DNA of 64,000 nt from an uncultured Gammaproteobacteria bacterium (lineage in GTDB: Bacteria; Pseudomonadota; Gammaproteobacteria; GCA-002705445; GCA-002716945), in contig CABYTF010000001.1 in assembly GCA_902521725.1 (NCBI GenBank), positions 254,386-318,385 on the forward strand. Direction: 5' to 3'. The notes below the pieces were generated by a model. That model was not told the origin of the DNA. It saw nothing but the letters and a program-made list of their open reading frames with translations, and did not search any database. Positions 12,565 to 23,572 of the stretch are shown piece by piece (within the stretch, counting starts at the first letter, position 1; each line of letters opens with the position of its first letter). The translations under genes and the position numbers were made by a program.

Positions 12565-13569
12565 ATGGATGATTCAATGATATCGAAATTAAGTTTTCTA
12601 GGCGCAGCCTTTACACTTTTTGTGATATCGCTCGGGGCTTGGGTAAGATTGACTGATGCTGGACTCGGATGTCCAGATTGGCCAGGCTGCTATGGTCTTC
12701 TGACTACGCCTGATACAGCTGATGAACTTGCGAAAGCCAAAGAGAATTATCCAGGCGCTAATATTGACATAGGAAAAGCATGGAGAGAAATGCTGCACAG
12801 ATATGTTGCTGGTATTCTTGGCTTATATGTTTTTTTCATCACCTATATATCAATTAAATTCTCAAAACAGAACTATACGCTTCCAGTATTGATATCAGTT
12901 CTAATAATAATACAGGCAATAATGGGAATGCTCACTGTAACAATGCTTGTCAAACCAACTATAGTTACAACACATCTATTTTTCGGAATGTTAACAGCAA
13001 CATTGCTTTTTATTAATGGTCTCAAGTATGCTGATATAGATGTTTCACAAAATAAGTTGCCTAAATATGCGCTTGTGACGGTGTTTGTGACATGGTCTCT
13101 GTTGATTATACAAATTCTGCTGGGTGGATGGACAAGCACTAATTATGCCTCACTGGCATGTACTGACTTTCCAAAATGTCTTGACCAGTGGTATCCAAAA
13201 GAGATGGTTTTTGATGGGGCGTTTAATTTAATAAACCTACCTGATATAAATTACGAAGGTGGTTTTTTAGCTTACGGCGCTAAAGTAGCTGTTCATTATG
13301 TTCACAGAATTACGGCATTAATATTGACCCTGTTCTTCCTCTTGACTATATATATAATTTTTAAACTTGAAGAACATAGTTTCTTAAAGAAAGTCATAGG
13401 CGTAAGTATAATCTTTTTTGTGCTTCAAGTAGCTTTGGGTATATCTAATGTAGTGTATAGCCTCCCGCTTAACATTGCTGTCTGGCATACCATGAATGCA
13501 GCCATTTTAATGGCATTAATCTCGGGCGCTTTGTATTATTCTTTGATATCATTTACAAAAACACAGTAA
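12565..13569 (+). CDS. ctaA: haem A synthase (COX15/CtaA)
   Basis: 334 aa; 8-TM; paired His-containing helices; position upstream of ctaB. Confidence 0.85.
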   Translation: MDDSMISKLSFLGAAFTLFVISLGAWVRLTDAGLGCPDWPGCYGLLTTPDTADELAKAKENYPGANIDIGKAWREMLHRYVAGILGLYVFFITYISIKFSKQNYTLPVLISVLIIIQAIMGMLTVTMLVKPTIVTTHLFFGMLTATLLFINGLKYADIDVSQNKLPKYALVTVFVTWSLLIIQILLGGWTSTNYASLACTDFPKCLDQWYPKEMVFDGAFNLINLPDINYEGGFLAYGAKVAVHYVHRITALILTLFFLLTIYIIFKLEEHSFLKKVIGVSIIFFVLQVALGISNVVYSLPLNIAVWHTMNAAILMALISGALYYSLISFTKTQ

Positions 13570-14460
13570 ATGAACAGCACATCATCAACACCTAATCCAA
13601 TTATATTTGACCTAATTGCTCTGACCAAACCGAGGGTAAATTTTCTTATTATCTTCACAGCCATTGTTGGTATGCTTTTAGCTCAAGATTTTACTTTGAA
13701 CTATAGTCTCATGATTTACGCTAGTATAGGAATCTATCTTGCTGCATCAGCAGCTGCCGTGATAAACCAAATAGTGGATCAGAAGATTGACGCCATAATG
13801 GATAGGACCAAAAGTAGACCGCTCATCAAGGGAAATGTTACTTCGAAGCATGCCATCTATTTTTCAATAGTTATATCTCTTATTTCTACTTATATTCTTT
13901 ATGAATACGTAAACACAATCACCACTGTATTGACTTTATTTTCAATAATAGTTTATTCAATAATCTATTCTGTGTATCTAAAAAATCTTACCTCGCAAAA
14001 TATTGTAATAGGAGGTATAGCCGGAGCTATGCCACCCCTACTTGGATGGACGGCTATCACTAATGGAGTTAGTGAACTTCCTCTACTATTATTTCTCATT
14101 ATATTTTTATGGACACCCCCACATTTCTGGGCGTTAGCAGTCTACAAAAAAGATGATTATAGCAAAGCGAATATCCCTATGTTACCAGTCACTCATGGTG
14201 ATGATTTTACAAGACTGCATATTTTTCTTTATTCAATTTTATTGTTTTGTATTACTTTGTTTCCATATTTACTTGGACTCGTATCTTATATTTATCTAGC
14301 ATCAGTTATTTTACTCGGTGGGAAGTTCATATACGATTCATATGATCTTTATATAACTAAGAACATTAGAAAGGCTCTATTGCTATTTAAGTACTCTATT
14401 ACTTACCTTGCAATGTTGTTTGCAGCTTTGTTAGCCGATCACTATATTTTGATGCTCTAG
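13570..14460 (+). CDS. ctaB: protohaem IX farnesyltransferase (haem O synthase)
   Basis: 296 aa UbiA-family prenyltransferase; start abuts the ctaA stop. Confidence 0.92.
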   Translation: MNSTSSTPNPIIFDLIALTKPRVNFLIIFTAIVGMLLAQDFTLNYSLMIYASIGIYLAASAAAVINQIVDQKIDAIMDRTKSRPLIKGNVTSKHAIYFSIVISLISTYILYEYVNTITTVLTLFSIIVYSIIYSVYLKNLTSQNIVIGGIAGAMPPLLGWTAITNGVSELPLLLFLIIFLWTPPHFWALAVYKKDDYSKANIPMLPVTHGDDFTRLHIFLYSILLFCITLFPYLLGLVSYIYLASVILLGGKFIYDSYDLYITKNIRKALLLFKYSITYLAMLFAALLADHYILML

Positions 14461-14462
14461 TT

Positions 14463-15323
14463 TTATGCTAGAAGTATTGAATCTTTGAGAATGTTGAGAG
14501 ACTTCTCTTCAATTTGGCGAATTCTTTCTTTTGATACTTTATATTTTTTTGAAAGTTCGTCTAAAGTTGGTTTCTGTTCAGATAAAAATCGTTGTGAGAT
14601 AATGTCACGACTTCTTTCATCCAATTTGCTAAGTGCAAAGATCAGTTTTTTTGTATTATCATCTTCAGAGTCTTGAGCTTCTAGAATTGTTAAAGGGTTT
14701 GTATTTTGTGATAAATACCCAGATGGTGAATTGTCGTCTTCTTCAACTGGATCAAATGCGACATCCGTTCCGCTAAGACGGTTTTCCATTAATTTAACAG
14801 TTTTACTGTCAACATTTAATTCAGAAGCAATGTCATGTGTCTCTTGCTCCGATAACCAGTTTGACGAGGTTTTCTTACTTCTTAATTTAAAGAATAGTTT
14901 TCTCTGAGCTTTTGTTGTCGCAACTTTGACTATTCTCCAATTTTTCAATACAAATTCATGAATCTCAGCTCTTATCCAATAGATAGCAAATGATAATAAT
15001 CTGACTTTCTTACTTGGATCAAATTTTTTCACTGCCTTCATTAAACCAACATTTCCCTCCTGAATAATATCCAGTAATGGCAAACCATATCCTTTATAGG
15101 TTTTTGCAATGTGTACAACAAATCTGAGATGCGACATAACAAGTTTTTTAGCGGCATCCATATCGTCTGCATTCTGAAGTCTAAAGAATAATTCTTCTTC
15201 TTGCTCTTTGGATAGTAGCGGTGTTTCCCTGAGCTGTGCGAGATAATAATTTAAGGCATCAGAAGACTCTAGGTCTATTGCAACCTCTTTAGCAATCGCT
15301 CTATTTGTTAAGTTTTTGTTCAT
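14463..15323 (-). CDS. rpoH: RNA polymerase sigma-32 factor
   Basis: 286 aa; RpoH box QRKLFFKLR; sigma-70 region 2 and 4 motifs. Confidence 0.93.
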   Translation of the reverse strand: MNKNLTNRAIAKEVAIDLESSDALNYYLAQLRETPLLSKEQEEELFFRLQNADDMDAAKKLVMSHLRFVVHIAKTYKGYGLPLLDIIQEGNVGLMKAVKKFDPSKKVRLLSFAIYWIRAEIHEFVLKNWRIVKVATTKAQRKLFFKLRSKKTSSNWLSEQETHDIASELNVDSKTVKLMENRLSGTDVAFDPVEEDDNSPSGYLSQNTNPLTILEAQDSEDDNTKKLIFALSKLDERSRDIISQRFLSEQKPTLDELSKKYKVSKERIRQIEEKSLNILKDSILLA

Positions 15324-15441
15324 TTTGTAAATACAATTATAGTTGTAGATTACCTTATTTCAAGTGATTGATATCAAAAAAATGGTCAAAGATAATCGTA
15401 TTATAGAGACAAAAAAATCTATTTTTTGATATTATTGCGAT

Positions 15442-16773
15442 ATGTTTCGCATCAATCAAACAATCATTTTTTTAATGTTTTTATTTGTATCAATTAATCT
15501 TGACGCAAGTATAAAGTTCTCTGAGAGATTAGAGGAGTACTCTCTAGAAAATGGTCTTAAGGTGATATTGATCGAGGATAAAAGAAGCCCAGCTGTTGTT
15601 AACAGTATTTGGTATAGAGTAGGATCCAGTAATGAGGTAAATGGTAAAACCGGTATCTCTCATATACTTGAGCACATGATGTTTAAAGGAACCAATAAAT
15701 TAGGGCCTGGTGAATTTTCTTCTATAGTCAAAAAAATGGGAGGAACTGATAATGCTTTTACGGGCAAAGATTTCACTGGTTATTATCAAAAAGTTCACAA
15801 TGAAGATCTAGAAAGATGTATAGAGCTAGAGTCAGATAGGATGATTAATCTTAAACTGGATGACAATCAAATAGAAAAAGAAATTAATGTTGTTAAAGAA
15901 GAGCGAAGGCTTCGAACAGATGATAATCCAGTCTCTAAAACTTTCGAAAAAATAATGATTAATGCATTTGGAATGAATAAGTATGGTATTCCAATAATAG
16001 GAACAATGCAGGACATAGAAGACACCACAAAAAAAGATCTTGAAGATTGGTACAACTCATATTACCAACCTAGAAACGCTATAGTTATTATTGCAGGTAA
16101 TTTTGACAGAGATAAAGTCAAACAATACATAAACAAATATTACAGCTCTATAGAAAACGATGAGCCATTAAATTTAATATCAAGTGACGCCGAATATATT
16201 TCAAAAGAATATTTTGAAGTGCAGGGAGATGTTTCAAAACCTGTAGTTTTCATCTCGTTTATAAAACCAGAATTTAATGATCAAGACCCTAGAAAATCAT
16301 ATGCACTAGATTTATTCATAGAAATAATGGATGGAGGATACTCTTCGCGTCTTACAGAAAATTTAGTAAACTCAAAAAAAGTTGCACTGGACACATTTAT
16401 ATCGAATGATACATATAATCAGCACGACAACCTCATCATTATAGGAGGAACACCGAGAGGGAACACTACGACTGATGAATTTATATCATATGTCTTAAAT
16501 GAATTTTCTGATGAATCAATTGATACAATCGGACAAGAGGAACTAGAAAGTGCAAAAGCAAGAATAAAATCTGACAATGTCTTCAAATTTGACTCTGTCT
16601 TTTACCAAGCAATGCAAGTGGGAATGTTAGAGACAAAAAATATTAGCTGGAGAAACTTAGATAACTACTACAAAATTTCAGAAACTATAACCTTGAGTGA
16701 AGTTATGTCAGCAGGTAAATCATACATAACTCAGAACAAACCCTTGATTACTGTTTTGAGACCCATAGAATGA
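15442..16773 (+). CDS. M16-family zinc peptidase (active subunit, PqqL/PitrM-like)
   Basis: 443 aa; signal peptide; inverted zinc motif HILEHMMFKG. Confidence 0.85.
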   Translation: MFRINQTIIFLMFLFVSINLDASIKFSERLEEYSLENGLKVILIEDKRSPAVVNSIWYRVGSSNEVNGKTGISHILEHMMFKGTNKLGPGEFSSIVKKMGGTDNAFTGKDFTGYYQKVHNEDLERCIELESDRMINLKLDDNQIEKEINVVKEERRLRTDDNPVSKTFEKIMINAFGMNKYGIPIIGTMQDIEDTTKKDLEDWYNSYYQPRNAIVIIAGNFDRDKVKQYINKYYSSIENDEPLNLISSDAEYISKEYFEVQGDVSKPVVFISFIKPEFNDQDPRKSYALDLFIEIMDGGYSSRLTENLVNSKKVALDTFISNDTYNQHDNLIIIGGTPRGNTTTDEFISYVLNEFSDESIDTIGQEELESAKARIKSDNVFKFDSVFYQAMQVGMLETKNISWRNLDNYYKISETITLSEVMSAGKSYITQNKPLITVLRPIE

Positions 16774-18047
16774 GAATATTATTTCTTGTCACATTCTTAT
16801 TTTTTTCACAAACAATAAATTCTAATCCTGTTATACAGTCTTTAGCAGATAATGAAGATTATCTCTACGTCAATTTAACGAACCTACCAATTATTGATGT
16901 CAATCTCTCACTCAAGCAAGGTAGTGTAAGTGATGGTGACACGCCCGGTTTAACCAATCTTATGTTAAATGTTCTGATGAATTCAGACATTAATGGCAAA
17001 AAGCTAGTTAGTTATTTTGAAAATGTAGGAGCAAAGCTATCATACTCGGTCAGCAATGAGACCTTGTCGATTGCGATAAGATCTGTAAGTAATTTGGATC
17101 AGGTCATGATGCTTTCAGATGTGCTTAACAGCGCGTTATTTACAGACGACATTGATGACGTAGTATTTAATTTACAAAAAGATAAAATACTAAGAGCTAT
17201 CTCTGAGTCGTATAAAAAACCAGATTCTCTTCTTGAGTCTGTAGTTTCTGAGAAACTTTTTTATGATACACCTTTTGCACATCAGCCAGTTGGTACAAAA
17301 GATTCGGTAATAAATATATCTAAAAAGGACATAAAGTCGCATAGGGACAAAATTTTTAATCTAGATAACTTAGAGATTAATATAGTCGGAGACATAACTT
17401 CCAAAGGATCAAAAAGACTGATAAATAAATTGACGAATGAATTTTCAAAAAAAGAAGTTGAACCTTTAGAGGAATATAAACTTAAGACTGTTACACATCA
17501 TACTGAGTTTGACTCAACTCAGACCCATTTGGCAGTCATCATTCCTGCTATCTCAAGATCGGATCCGGATTATTATAATTTATTGGTGGCAAATTATATT
17601 TTTGGAGGAAGTGGATTTGGTTCTTGGTTAATGGAGGAAATTAGACAAAAAAGAGGTCTATCCTATTCTGTATATAGTTACTTATCTACTCATCAAAATA
17701 GCGGATATTTGAGAATTTCACTACAAACTAAAAATGAGAGTATAAATCTTGCTAAAAACATAATCCGTGAACAGGTCAATAAGCTTAGCAAGTTTGATGT
17801 TGAGGATACTAAAATAACTGCTACAAAAAAAGCGATCTTGAGAAGTTTTGAGATGAGAGCTGACACAAATCGAAAAATTCTCAATTTAATATCTAGTATT
17901 AATTATTTAAATCTTGACCTAAATTATTTTGAAAATTACAAAAACAACTTAAAAGAAGTCAACAAGGATAGTATAAAAGCTGCACTGAAACGCGCCATGG
18001 ATTTCGATAATGTTTCAGTATTTACCGTTGGCAAGTCAATTGAATAA
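16770..18047 (+). CDS. M16-family peptidase, second (non-catalytic-type) subunit
   Basis: 425 aa; M16 fold but no HxxEH motif; ATGA overlap with the upstream M16 gene. Confidence 0.72.
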   Translation: MRILFLVTFLFFSQTINSNPVIQSLADNEDYLYVNLTNLPIIDVNLSLKQGSVSDGDTPGLTNLMLNVLMNSDINGKKLVSYFENVGAKLSYSVSNETLSIAIRSVSNLDQVMMLSDVLNSALFTDDIDDVVFNLQKDKILRAISESYKKPDSLLESVVSEKLFYDTPFAHQPVGTKDSVINISKKDIKSHRDKIFNLDNLEINIVGDITSKGSKRLINKLTNEFSKKEVEPLEEYKLKTVTHHTEFDSTQTHLAVIIPAISRSDPDYYNLLVANYIFGGSGFGSWLMEEIRQKRGLSYSVYSYLSTHQNSGYLRISLQTKNESINLAKNIIREQVNKLSKFDVEDTKITATKKAILRSFEMRADTNRKILNLISSINYLNLDLNYFENYKNNLKEVNKDSIKAALKRAMDFDNVSVFTVGKSIE

Positions 18048-18606
18048 TAAATTAAAGATCATATCCGGTAGATATAAATCACGATCAATCAATATACCAG
18101 ACAAGCCAAACCTCAGACCATCAAAAGCATTCATTAGAGAGACACTCTTTAATGTCATAGATATAGGCTTATGCTCATCATCCTTAGATCTTTTCTCCGG
18201 TAGTGGCATACTCTCTTTTGAGGCACTCTCAAGAGGCATAAAGTCTGCAACATTGATTGAGAAAGATATTGATTTAGTAAGGTCGATCAAGTCAAATATG
18301 TCTGTTTTGAATATTGAGGGTGCAAGCGTAATTAAGTCAATGGTAAATAAATTTCTTTTAAATCATGATATAGGTCCTTATGACATCATATTCATAGATC
18401 CACCGTATAATACTTCTCTTTTAGATGAGACTTTTCAATTGCTTAAAAATAAAAATTATTTAGATCATAATAAATATTTATACTATGAAAAGTCTAAAAA
18501 AGATAAGAGTGAGTATGAGAAATACTTCAATGAAACGCACGATATTATCAAAGATTTGAGTATTGGTGATGTAAGTTATACAATTCTGATAAATAAAAAT
18601 CTATGA
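18010..18606 (+). CDS. rsmD: 16S rRNA (guanine966-N2)-methyltransferase
   Basis: 198 aa; LRPSKAFIRETLFN and DPPY motifs. The start overlaps the upstream gene by 38 nt, so the start is uncertain. Confidence 0.82.
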   Translation: MFQYLPLASQLNNKLKIISGRYKSRSINIPDKPNLRPSKAFIRETLFNVIDIGLCSSSLDLFSGSGILSFEALSRGIKSATLIEKDIDLVRSIKSNMSVLNIEGASVIKSMVNKFLLNHDIGPYDIIFIDPPYNTSLLDETFQLLKNKNYLDHNKYLYYEKSKKDKSEYEKYFNETHDIIKDLSIGDVSYTILINKNL

Positions 18607-19082
18607 AAATCAAAGCAATATATCCCGGGACATTTGACCCTATAACAGCTGGCCATGAGGATCTTGTCAAAAGAGCTTCAAATATCTTTGAATTGGTAAT
18701 AGTTGCCGTTGCATATAACACCCAAAAAAATACTTTGTTTTCATATGATGAGAGATATGACATGTGCAGAAAAGTTCTATCAAAATATAAAAATGTTGAT
18801 GTAATTAAGCTAGATAAATTAACGGTAGAGCACGCTAAGGAGCTTGAAGCAAAAGTAATGCTCAGAGGTTTAAGAGCAGTATCTGATTTCGAGTATGAGG
18901 TTCAGTTATCAAATTTAAACAGAGCCATGAACCCAGGTATAGAGAGCATCTTTTTAAGTCCTGACGAAAAATATAGTTTCATTTCGTCTTCTATAATTAA
19001 AGACATAGCAAGACATAATGGGGAACTTAAAATGTTTGTAGATGATTACGTTGAAAAAAAGTTGAAAGAAAAAGTAAACTAG
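18603..19082 (+). CDS. coaD: phosphopantetheine adenylyltransferase
   Basis: 159 aa; YPGTFDPITAGH nucleotidyltransferase motif. Confidence 0.93.
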   Translation: MKIKAIYPGTFDPITAGHEDLVKRASNIFELVIVAVAYNTQKNTLFSYDERYDMCRKVLSKYKNVDVIKLDKLTVEHAKELEAKVMLRGLRAVSDFEYEVQLSNLNRAMNPGIESIFLSPDEKYSFISSSIIKDIARHNGELKMFVDDYVEKKLKEKVN

Positions 19083-19083
19083 A

Positions 19084-20340
19084 TCACCTTTTCATTGACT
19101 CAAAGAATTCAGAATTAGTTTTAGTAGATTTAAGTTTATTTAACATAAACTCCATCGCATCTAGCTCGTCCATAGAGTGAAGTACTTTTCTTAGAATCCA
19201 AATTTTTTGTAATTCATCTGGTTCCATGAGAAGTTCCTCTCTTCGAGTTCCAGAACGATTTATATTTATAGCAGGATATATTCTTTTTTCTGCGATCCTT
19301 CTGTCTAAGTGAACCTCCATATTTCCTGTTCCTTTAAATTCCTCGTAAATAACCTCATCCATCTTAGAACCAGTATCAATTAGTGCAGTTGCAAGGATTG
19401 TGAGGCTACCACCTTCTTCAATATTTCTTGCTGCTCCATAAAACTTCTTAGGTTTAGTCAGAGCATTTGCATCAACCCCACCTGTGAGCACTTTACCTGA
19501 TGATGGGGCAATAGTGTTATATGCCCTCGCGAGTCGAGTGATAGAATCAAGAAGGATAATTACGTCTTTTTTATGCTCAACAAGTCGTTTAGCTTTTTCT
19601 ATAACCATCTCTGCTACCTGTACATGCCTATTTGCAGGCTCGTCAAATGTACTCGCTACTACCTCACCTTTAACCATTCTTGACATTTCAGTGACTTCTT
19701 CAGGCCTCTCATCAATTAACAAGACAATCAAATGAGCATCTGGGTTACTCGCGGTTAAACTCTGAGCAATGTTTTGTAACATAATAGTTTTACCCGCCTT
19801 AGGTGGAGATATTACTAGCCCTCTTTGTCCTTTTCCAATTGGAGATGCAATATCGATCAATCTTGCTGAGATGTCTTCAGAACTGCCATTACCTTGCTCT
19901 AGCCTCAATCTTTTATTTGCATGCAGGGGAGTTAAATTCTCAAATAAAATTTTGTTTTTTGTACTCGATGATGTATCCGAATTTATGTTATCGATTTTGA
20001 GAAGAGCGAAATATCTTTCACTTTCTTTTGGCGGCCTTATCTTTCCTTGAATTGTATCTCCCGTCCTGAGTGAAAACTTTCTTATTTGACTGGGGGATAC
20101 ATATATATCATCAGGTCCTGCTAAATATGAACTATCTGCTGATCTTAGAAAACCAAATCCATCCTGAAGTATCTCTAATACTCCGCCACCAGAGATATCT
20201 TCACCACTTGAAGAGTGACTTTTAAGGATAGTGAAGATAACATCCTGCTTTCGTAATCTACCAACATTGTCAGCTCCCATTCCCTCTGCTATCTCGACAA
20301 GTTCTTGTACTGGTTTCTGTTTAAGTTCTGAAAGATTCAT
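19084..20340 (-). CDS. rho: transcription termination factor Rho
   Basis: 418 aa; cold-shock-like RNA-binding N-domain, Walker A GKT and RecA-like core. Confidence 0.96.
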   Translation of the reverse strand: MNLSELKQKPVQELVEIAEGMGADNVGRLRKQDVIFTILKSHSSSGEDISGGGVLEILQDGFGFLRSADSSYLAGPDDIYVSPSQIRKFSLRTGDTIQGKIRPPKESERYFALLKIDNINSDTSSSTKNKILFENLTPLHANKRLRLEQGNGSSEDISARLIDIASPIGKGQRGLVISPPKAGKTIMLQNIAQSLTASNPDAHLIVLLIDERPEEVTEMSRMVKGEVVASTFDEPANRHVQVAEMVIEKAKRLVEHKKDVIILLDSITRLARAYNTIAPSSGKVLTGGVDANALTKPKKFYGAARNIEEGGSLTILATALIDTGSKMDEVIYEEFKGTGNMEVHLDRRIAEKRIYPAININRSGTRREELLMEPDELQKIWILRKVLHSMDELDAMEFMLNKLKSTKTNSEFFESMKR

Positions 20341-20342
20341 TT

Positions 20343-20666
20343 TTATAGGTTTTTATCTAAAAAACTTGAGAGTTCACTTTTTGACAGGACACCTACGCTG
20401 GTATCTGCCTTCTCGCCATTTTTGAATAGTATTAGTGTAGGAATGCCTCTTATCCCATACTTTTGAGTATTATTAGGATTATGATCGATATTCAGCTTAA
20501 CAAATTTAACCTTGTCAGAGTAATCTACAGCGACTTCATCAATAACTGGACCAAGTACTTTGCATGGTCCACACCATTCAGCCCAAAAGTCTATAAGAAC
20601 GGGTTTATCTGATTCTAGAACTTCAGAATCAAAATTGTCATCACTAATATCTATTGCATTACTCAT
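20343..20666 (-). CDS. trxA: thioredoxin 1
   Basis: 107 aa; WCGPC active site; conserved trxA-rho synteny. Confidence 0.93.
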   Translation of the reverse strand: MSNAIDISDDNFDSEVLESDKPVLIDFWAEWCGPCKVLGPVIDEVAVDYSDKVKFVKLNIDHNPNNTQKYGIRGIPTLILFKNGEKADTSVGVLSKSELSSFLDKNL

Positions 20667-20813
20667 ATGATCTCCATTAAATTAAATAATTACATCTGGT
20701 AGTTGATTTTGTACGGGTTGATTAGTAACTCTGAGTAAGTTTATGATTAAATAGTTTGGTATTTATGTCAAGTTATTCTTTGATCAAGAAGTAAATATTT
20801 TCTGTTAATATAA

Positions 20814-21257
20814 TTGAGTATGAAAATCTCAGATAATAAGTTAGTGAGTATGACATATTCAATATATGAAGGTGATGATTTGTTAGAGAATGTAGATACA
20901 CCAGTAAGCTTTATATATGGTAAAGAAACAAACCTTTTACCAATTGTCGAAAAAGCTTTACATGGTAAAGAAAAAAATAGTGAGGTGTCTATAGAAGTTA
21001 GTTCTGAATTAGGTTTTGGAAAAATAGACGAGGGATTGATTTTTCAAGATTCACTTGAAAACGTACCCAAAGAGTACAGAAAAATTGGTATGCAAATTGA
21101 TTTTGCAAATAATAAAGGTGTAAAGAGAAAATTTAGGGTTACTAAGATGGATGATAAAAACATAACATTTGATGGTAATCACCTGTTTGCTGGGAAAGAA
21201 TTACTATACAAAATAAAAATTATTGATGTAGCTGATACTGAACTGATAGAAAATTAA
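20814..21257 (+). CDS. FKBP-type peptidyl-prolyl isomerase, SlyD/FkpB (SlpA) family
   Basis: 147 aa; collinear with SlyD/FkpB, including an insert-in-flap region and FDGNHLFAGKEL (compare SlyD VDGNHMLAGQNL); no His-rich tail. Confidence 0.7.
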   Translation: MSMKISDNKLVSMTYSIYEGDDLLENVDTPVSFIYGKETNLLPIVEKALHGKEKNSEVSIEVSSELGFGKIDEGLIFQDSLENVPKEYRKIGMQIDFANNKGVKRKFRVTKMDDKNITFDGNHLFAGKELLYKIKIIDVADTELIEN

Positions 21258-21412
21258 GTTAGATCACTTCAACATTTCCACATTGTCTAAAATAAAATCC
21301 CAATTTCCTTTGAATGATACGCTAAGAATAATTTCTTCTTTGATATTTTTTTCAATGCATTATATTATCTCTCAATTATCAACAATAAAACTTTATACGC
21401 GGGTGAACAAAT

Positions 21413-22615
21413 ATGACTAATCTGATCATGCCACATGGCTCGAATGAACTGAATACACTCTACATTGAAGATGAAATGGCAAGATCATCAATGTTATCTG
21501 CATCAGCCGAGATGCGTAGTCTTGAAATAAATTCAGCTGCAGCAGCTAATGCAGTCATGATGGCTGCTGGTTACTTCAATCCGCTGACAGGTTATATGAA
21601 TAAGGAGGAGACGCTGAAAGTATCAAAAGAGATGCTGACATTAGATGATATATTCTGGCCGGTTCCGATCGTTAATATTACAACAGACGCAAACTCACTT
21701 GACTATACGCACGGAGAGGAGATTGCTCTAAGAGACCCGAATGTTGAAGGCAATCCAGTCATTGCGATTCAAAGAATAGATAATGTAGAAAAGCTAAGTG
21801 ACGACGATATTGAAACCATTGTTAAAAATGTTTTTGCAACAACTGATGTAAATCATCCCGGTGTAAAAAATTTTAAAGATCAGGGTAAATATATTATTTC
21901 TGGATCAATTGAAGTCTTAAACTATAGTTATTTTCCGCATGATTTTCCAAATACATTTGCCACAGCTCCAGATATACGAAAGATGCTAACTGAGGCTGGC
22001 TGGTCTAAAACTGTTGCATTTCAAACCAGAAATCCAATGCACAGAGCGCACGAAGAACTTTGCAAAATGGCTTATGAAAGATTAGAAGCTGATGGAGTTC
22101 TGATTCATATGCTCTTGGGCAAACTCAAAGAAGGTGATATTCCAGGAGATGTAAGAGATGCTGCGATAAGGAAAATGGTAGAAATATATTTCGAGAAGAA
22201 TACTGCAATCATCTCTGGATTTGGATTCGACATGATGTACGCAGGTCCTCGTGAAGCTCTACTCCACGCAGTATTTAGGCAAAATGCAGGATGTACACAT
22301 TTGATAGTTGGTCGAGATCATGCTGGCGTTGGTGATTACTATGAACCATTTGAGGCGCAAGAAATATTTGATTTGGATGTTGTAAAAGATTCACTTAAAA
22401 TCGAAATTTTTAAAGCTGATCACACAGCCTACTCTAAAAAACTAAACAAAGTGGTAATGATGAGGGATGCCGAGGATCACTCCAAAGATGATTTTGTTTT
22501 ACTATCTGGGACAAAAGTGAGGGAAATGCTTGCTGCAGGTCAAGATTTACCACCAGAATTTGCTAGAAAAGAAGTAGCCAAGATATTGATGACTTACTAT
22601 CAGGAGAAAAGCTGA
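21413..22615 (+). CDS. sat: sulfate adenylyltransferase (dissimilatory-type ATP sulfurylase)
   Basis: 400 aa; QTRNPMHRAHEEL and GRDHAGVG motifs of homo-oligomeric ATP sulfurylase. Confidence 0.92.
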   Translation: MTNLIMPHGSNELNTLYIEDEMARSSMLSASAEMRSLEINSAAAANAVMMAAGYFNPLTGYMNKEETLKVSKEMLTLDDIFWPVPIVNITTDANSLDYTHGEEIALRDPNVEGNPVIAIQRIDNVEKLSDDDIETIVKNVFATTDVNHPGVKNFKDQGKYIISGSIEVLNYSYFPHDFPNTFATAPDIRKMLTEAGWSKTVAFQTRNPMHRAHEELCKMAYERLEADGVLIHMLLGKLKEGDIPGDVRDAAIRKMVEIYFEKNTAIISGFGFDMMYAGPREALLHAVFRQNAGCTHLIVGRDHAGVGDYYEPFEAQEIFDLDVVKDSLKIEIFKADHTAYSKKLNKVVMMRDAEDHSKDDFVLLSGTKVREMLAAGQDLPPEFARKEVAKILMTYYQEKS

Positions 22616-22751
22616 ATAAAAACCCTATAAAATAGGGTGAAAAAATAAGTAAAATTAAGTAAATAATTAATTCCTAATATTCTCAAATTTGGCTATAATA
22701 TTGTTCGAGCAGTTATTCATAAACTGCAGAATATTAAGATAGGGAGAAAAC

Positions 22752-23543
22752 ATGCTAGCTTACAATCCATTTTCAGATTTAGGAGCAACTATACCTTCAA
22801 TTGCAATGCAGGCATTCTTAATTGCAATGGTTATGTTGGTTATAGCAGGGGTCGTGCTCGATATGATGCACAAAAAGAATGTAAAATATTTTTTCGAAAA
22901 CGCAAAAAAAGCAAAACAAGCGGCTACAAGAGAATTATCCTCCGGTGAAAAAGTATCAATAATCGCAAAGACAGTCGCATCTGACATCATGACTTCTTCG
23001 GAGTTTTGCACATTTCAAAGACGAGCAGCACATTTATTAGGGATGTATGGAACTATAATTTTCTGGGTAACATCAGCAATATTAATTTTCAGCTATTCAA
23101 CACCCTCTTCTGCAGCGCCAGCTATGGTACCTATGTTATGGCACATTGGTGCAATTATGACATGCGTGGGCGGTTTTTGGTTCTGGTTCTCAATAAGAGT
23201 TAACGTATCTGCCGAGGGACACCCTTGGTACCATGTTATGTTCGCAGATTTATTTGTACTAGCATTATTAGCATCTCAATCTACCGCACTATTGTGGTCA
23301 ATAACACAAAGCTCAGGATCTATTCTTAGCGGTTTGTTTTTGTTGTTATTCATTGTTTCAAATGTAGTTCTGTTTGGGGGAGTATATTGGTCAAAATTTG
23401 CTCATATGTTTTACAAACCTGGAGCAGCAATACAGAAACACTTAGCTAAGGCTGATGGTTCAAACAGCAATTTACCTGAACCTGCAGATAAGCCAAAGCA
23501 ATTTGGATTGGGAATAAGACGTGAGTCACCAAAGAATTATTAA
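22752..23543 (+). CDS. aprM: adenylylsulfate reductase membrane anchor
   Basis: 263 aa with ~5 TM helices; position immediately upstream of aprBA, as in sat-aprMBA loci of purple sulfur bacteria. Confidence 0.72.
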   Translation: MLAYNPFSDLGATIPSIAMQAFLIAMVMLVIAGVVLDMMHKKNVKYFFENAKKAKQAATRELSSGEKVSIIAKTVASDIMTSSEFCTFQRRAAHLLGMYGTIIFWVTSAILIFSYSTPSSAAPAMVPMLWHIGAIMTCVGGFWFWFSIRVNVSAEGHPWYHVMFADLFVLALLASQSTALLWSITQSSGSILSGLFLLLFIVSNVVLFGGVYWSKFAHMFYKPGAAIQKHLAKADGSNSNLPEPADKPKQFGLGIRRESPKNY

Positions 23544-23572
23544 TAACTATATGGAAATAAGGAGATAAGATT

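Noticed and set aside
22616-22751. The hairpin at 22622-22638 as an intrinsic terminator ending the sat transcript.
   Set aside because: The stem is only 6-7 bp, AT-rich, and followed by an A-run rather than a T-run on the plus strand. At most it is an attenuating structure. I kept it only as part of the sat/aprM organisation finding.
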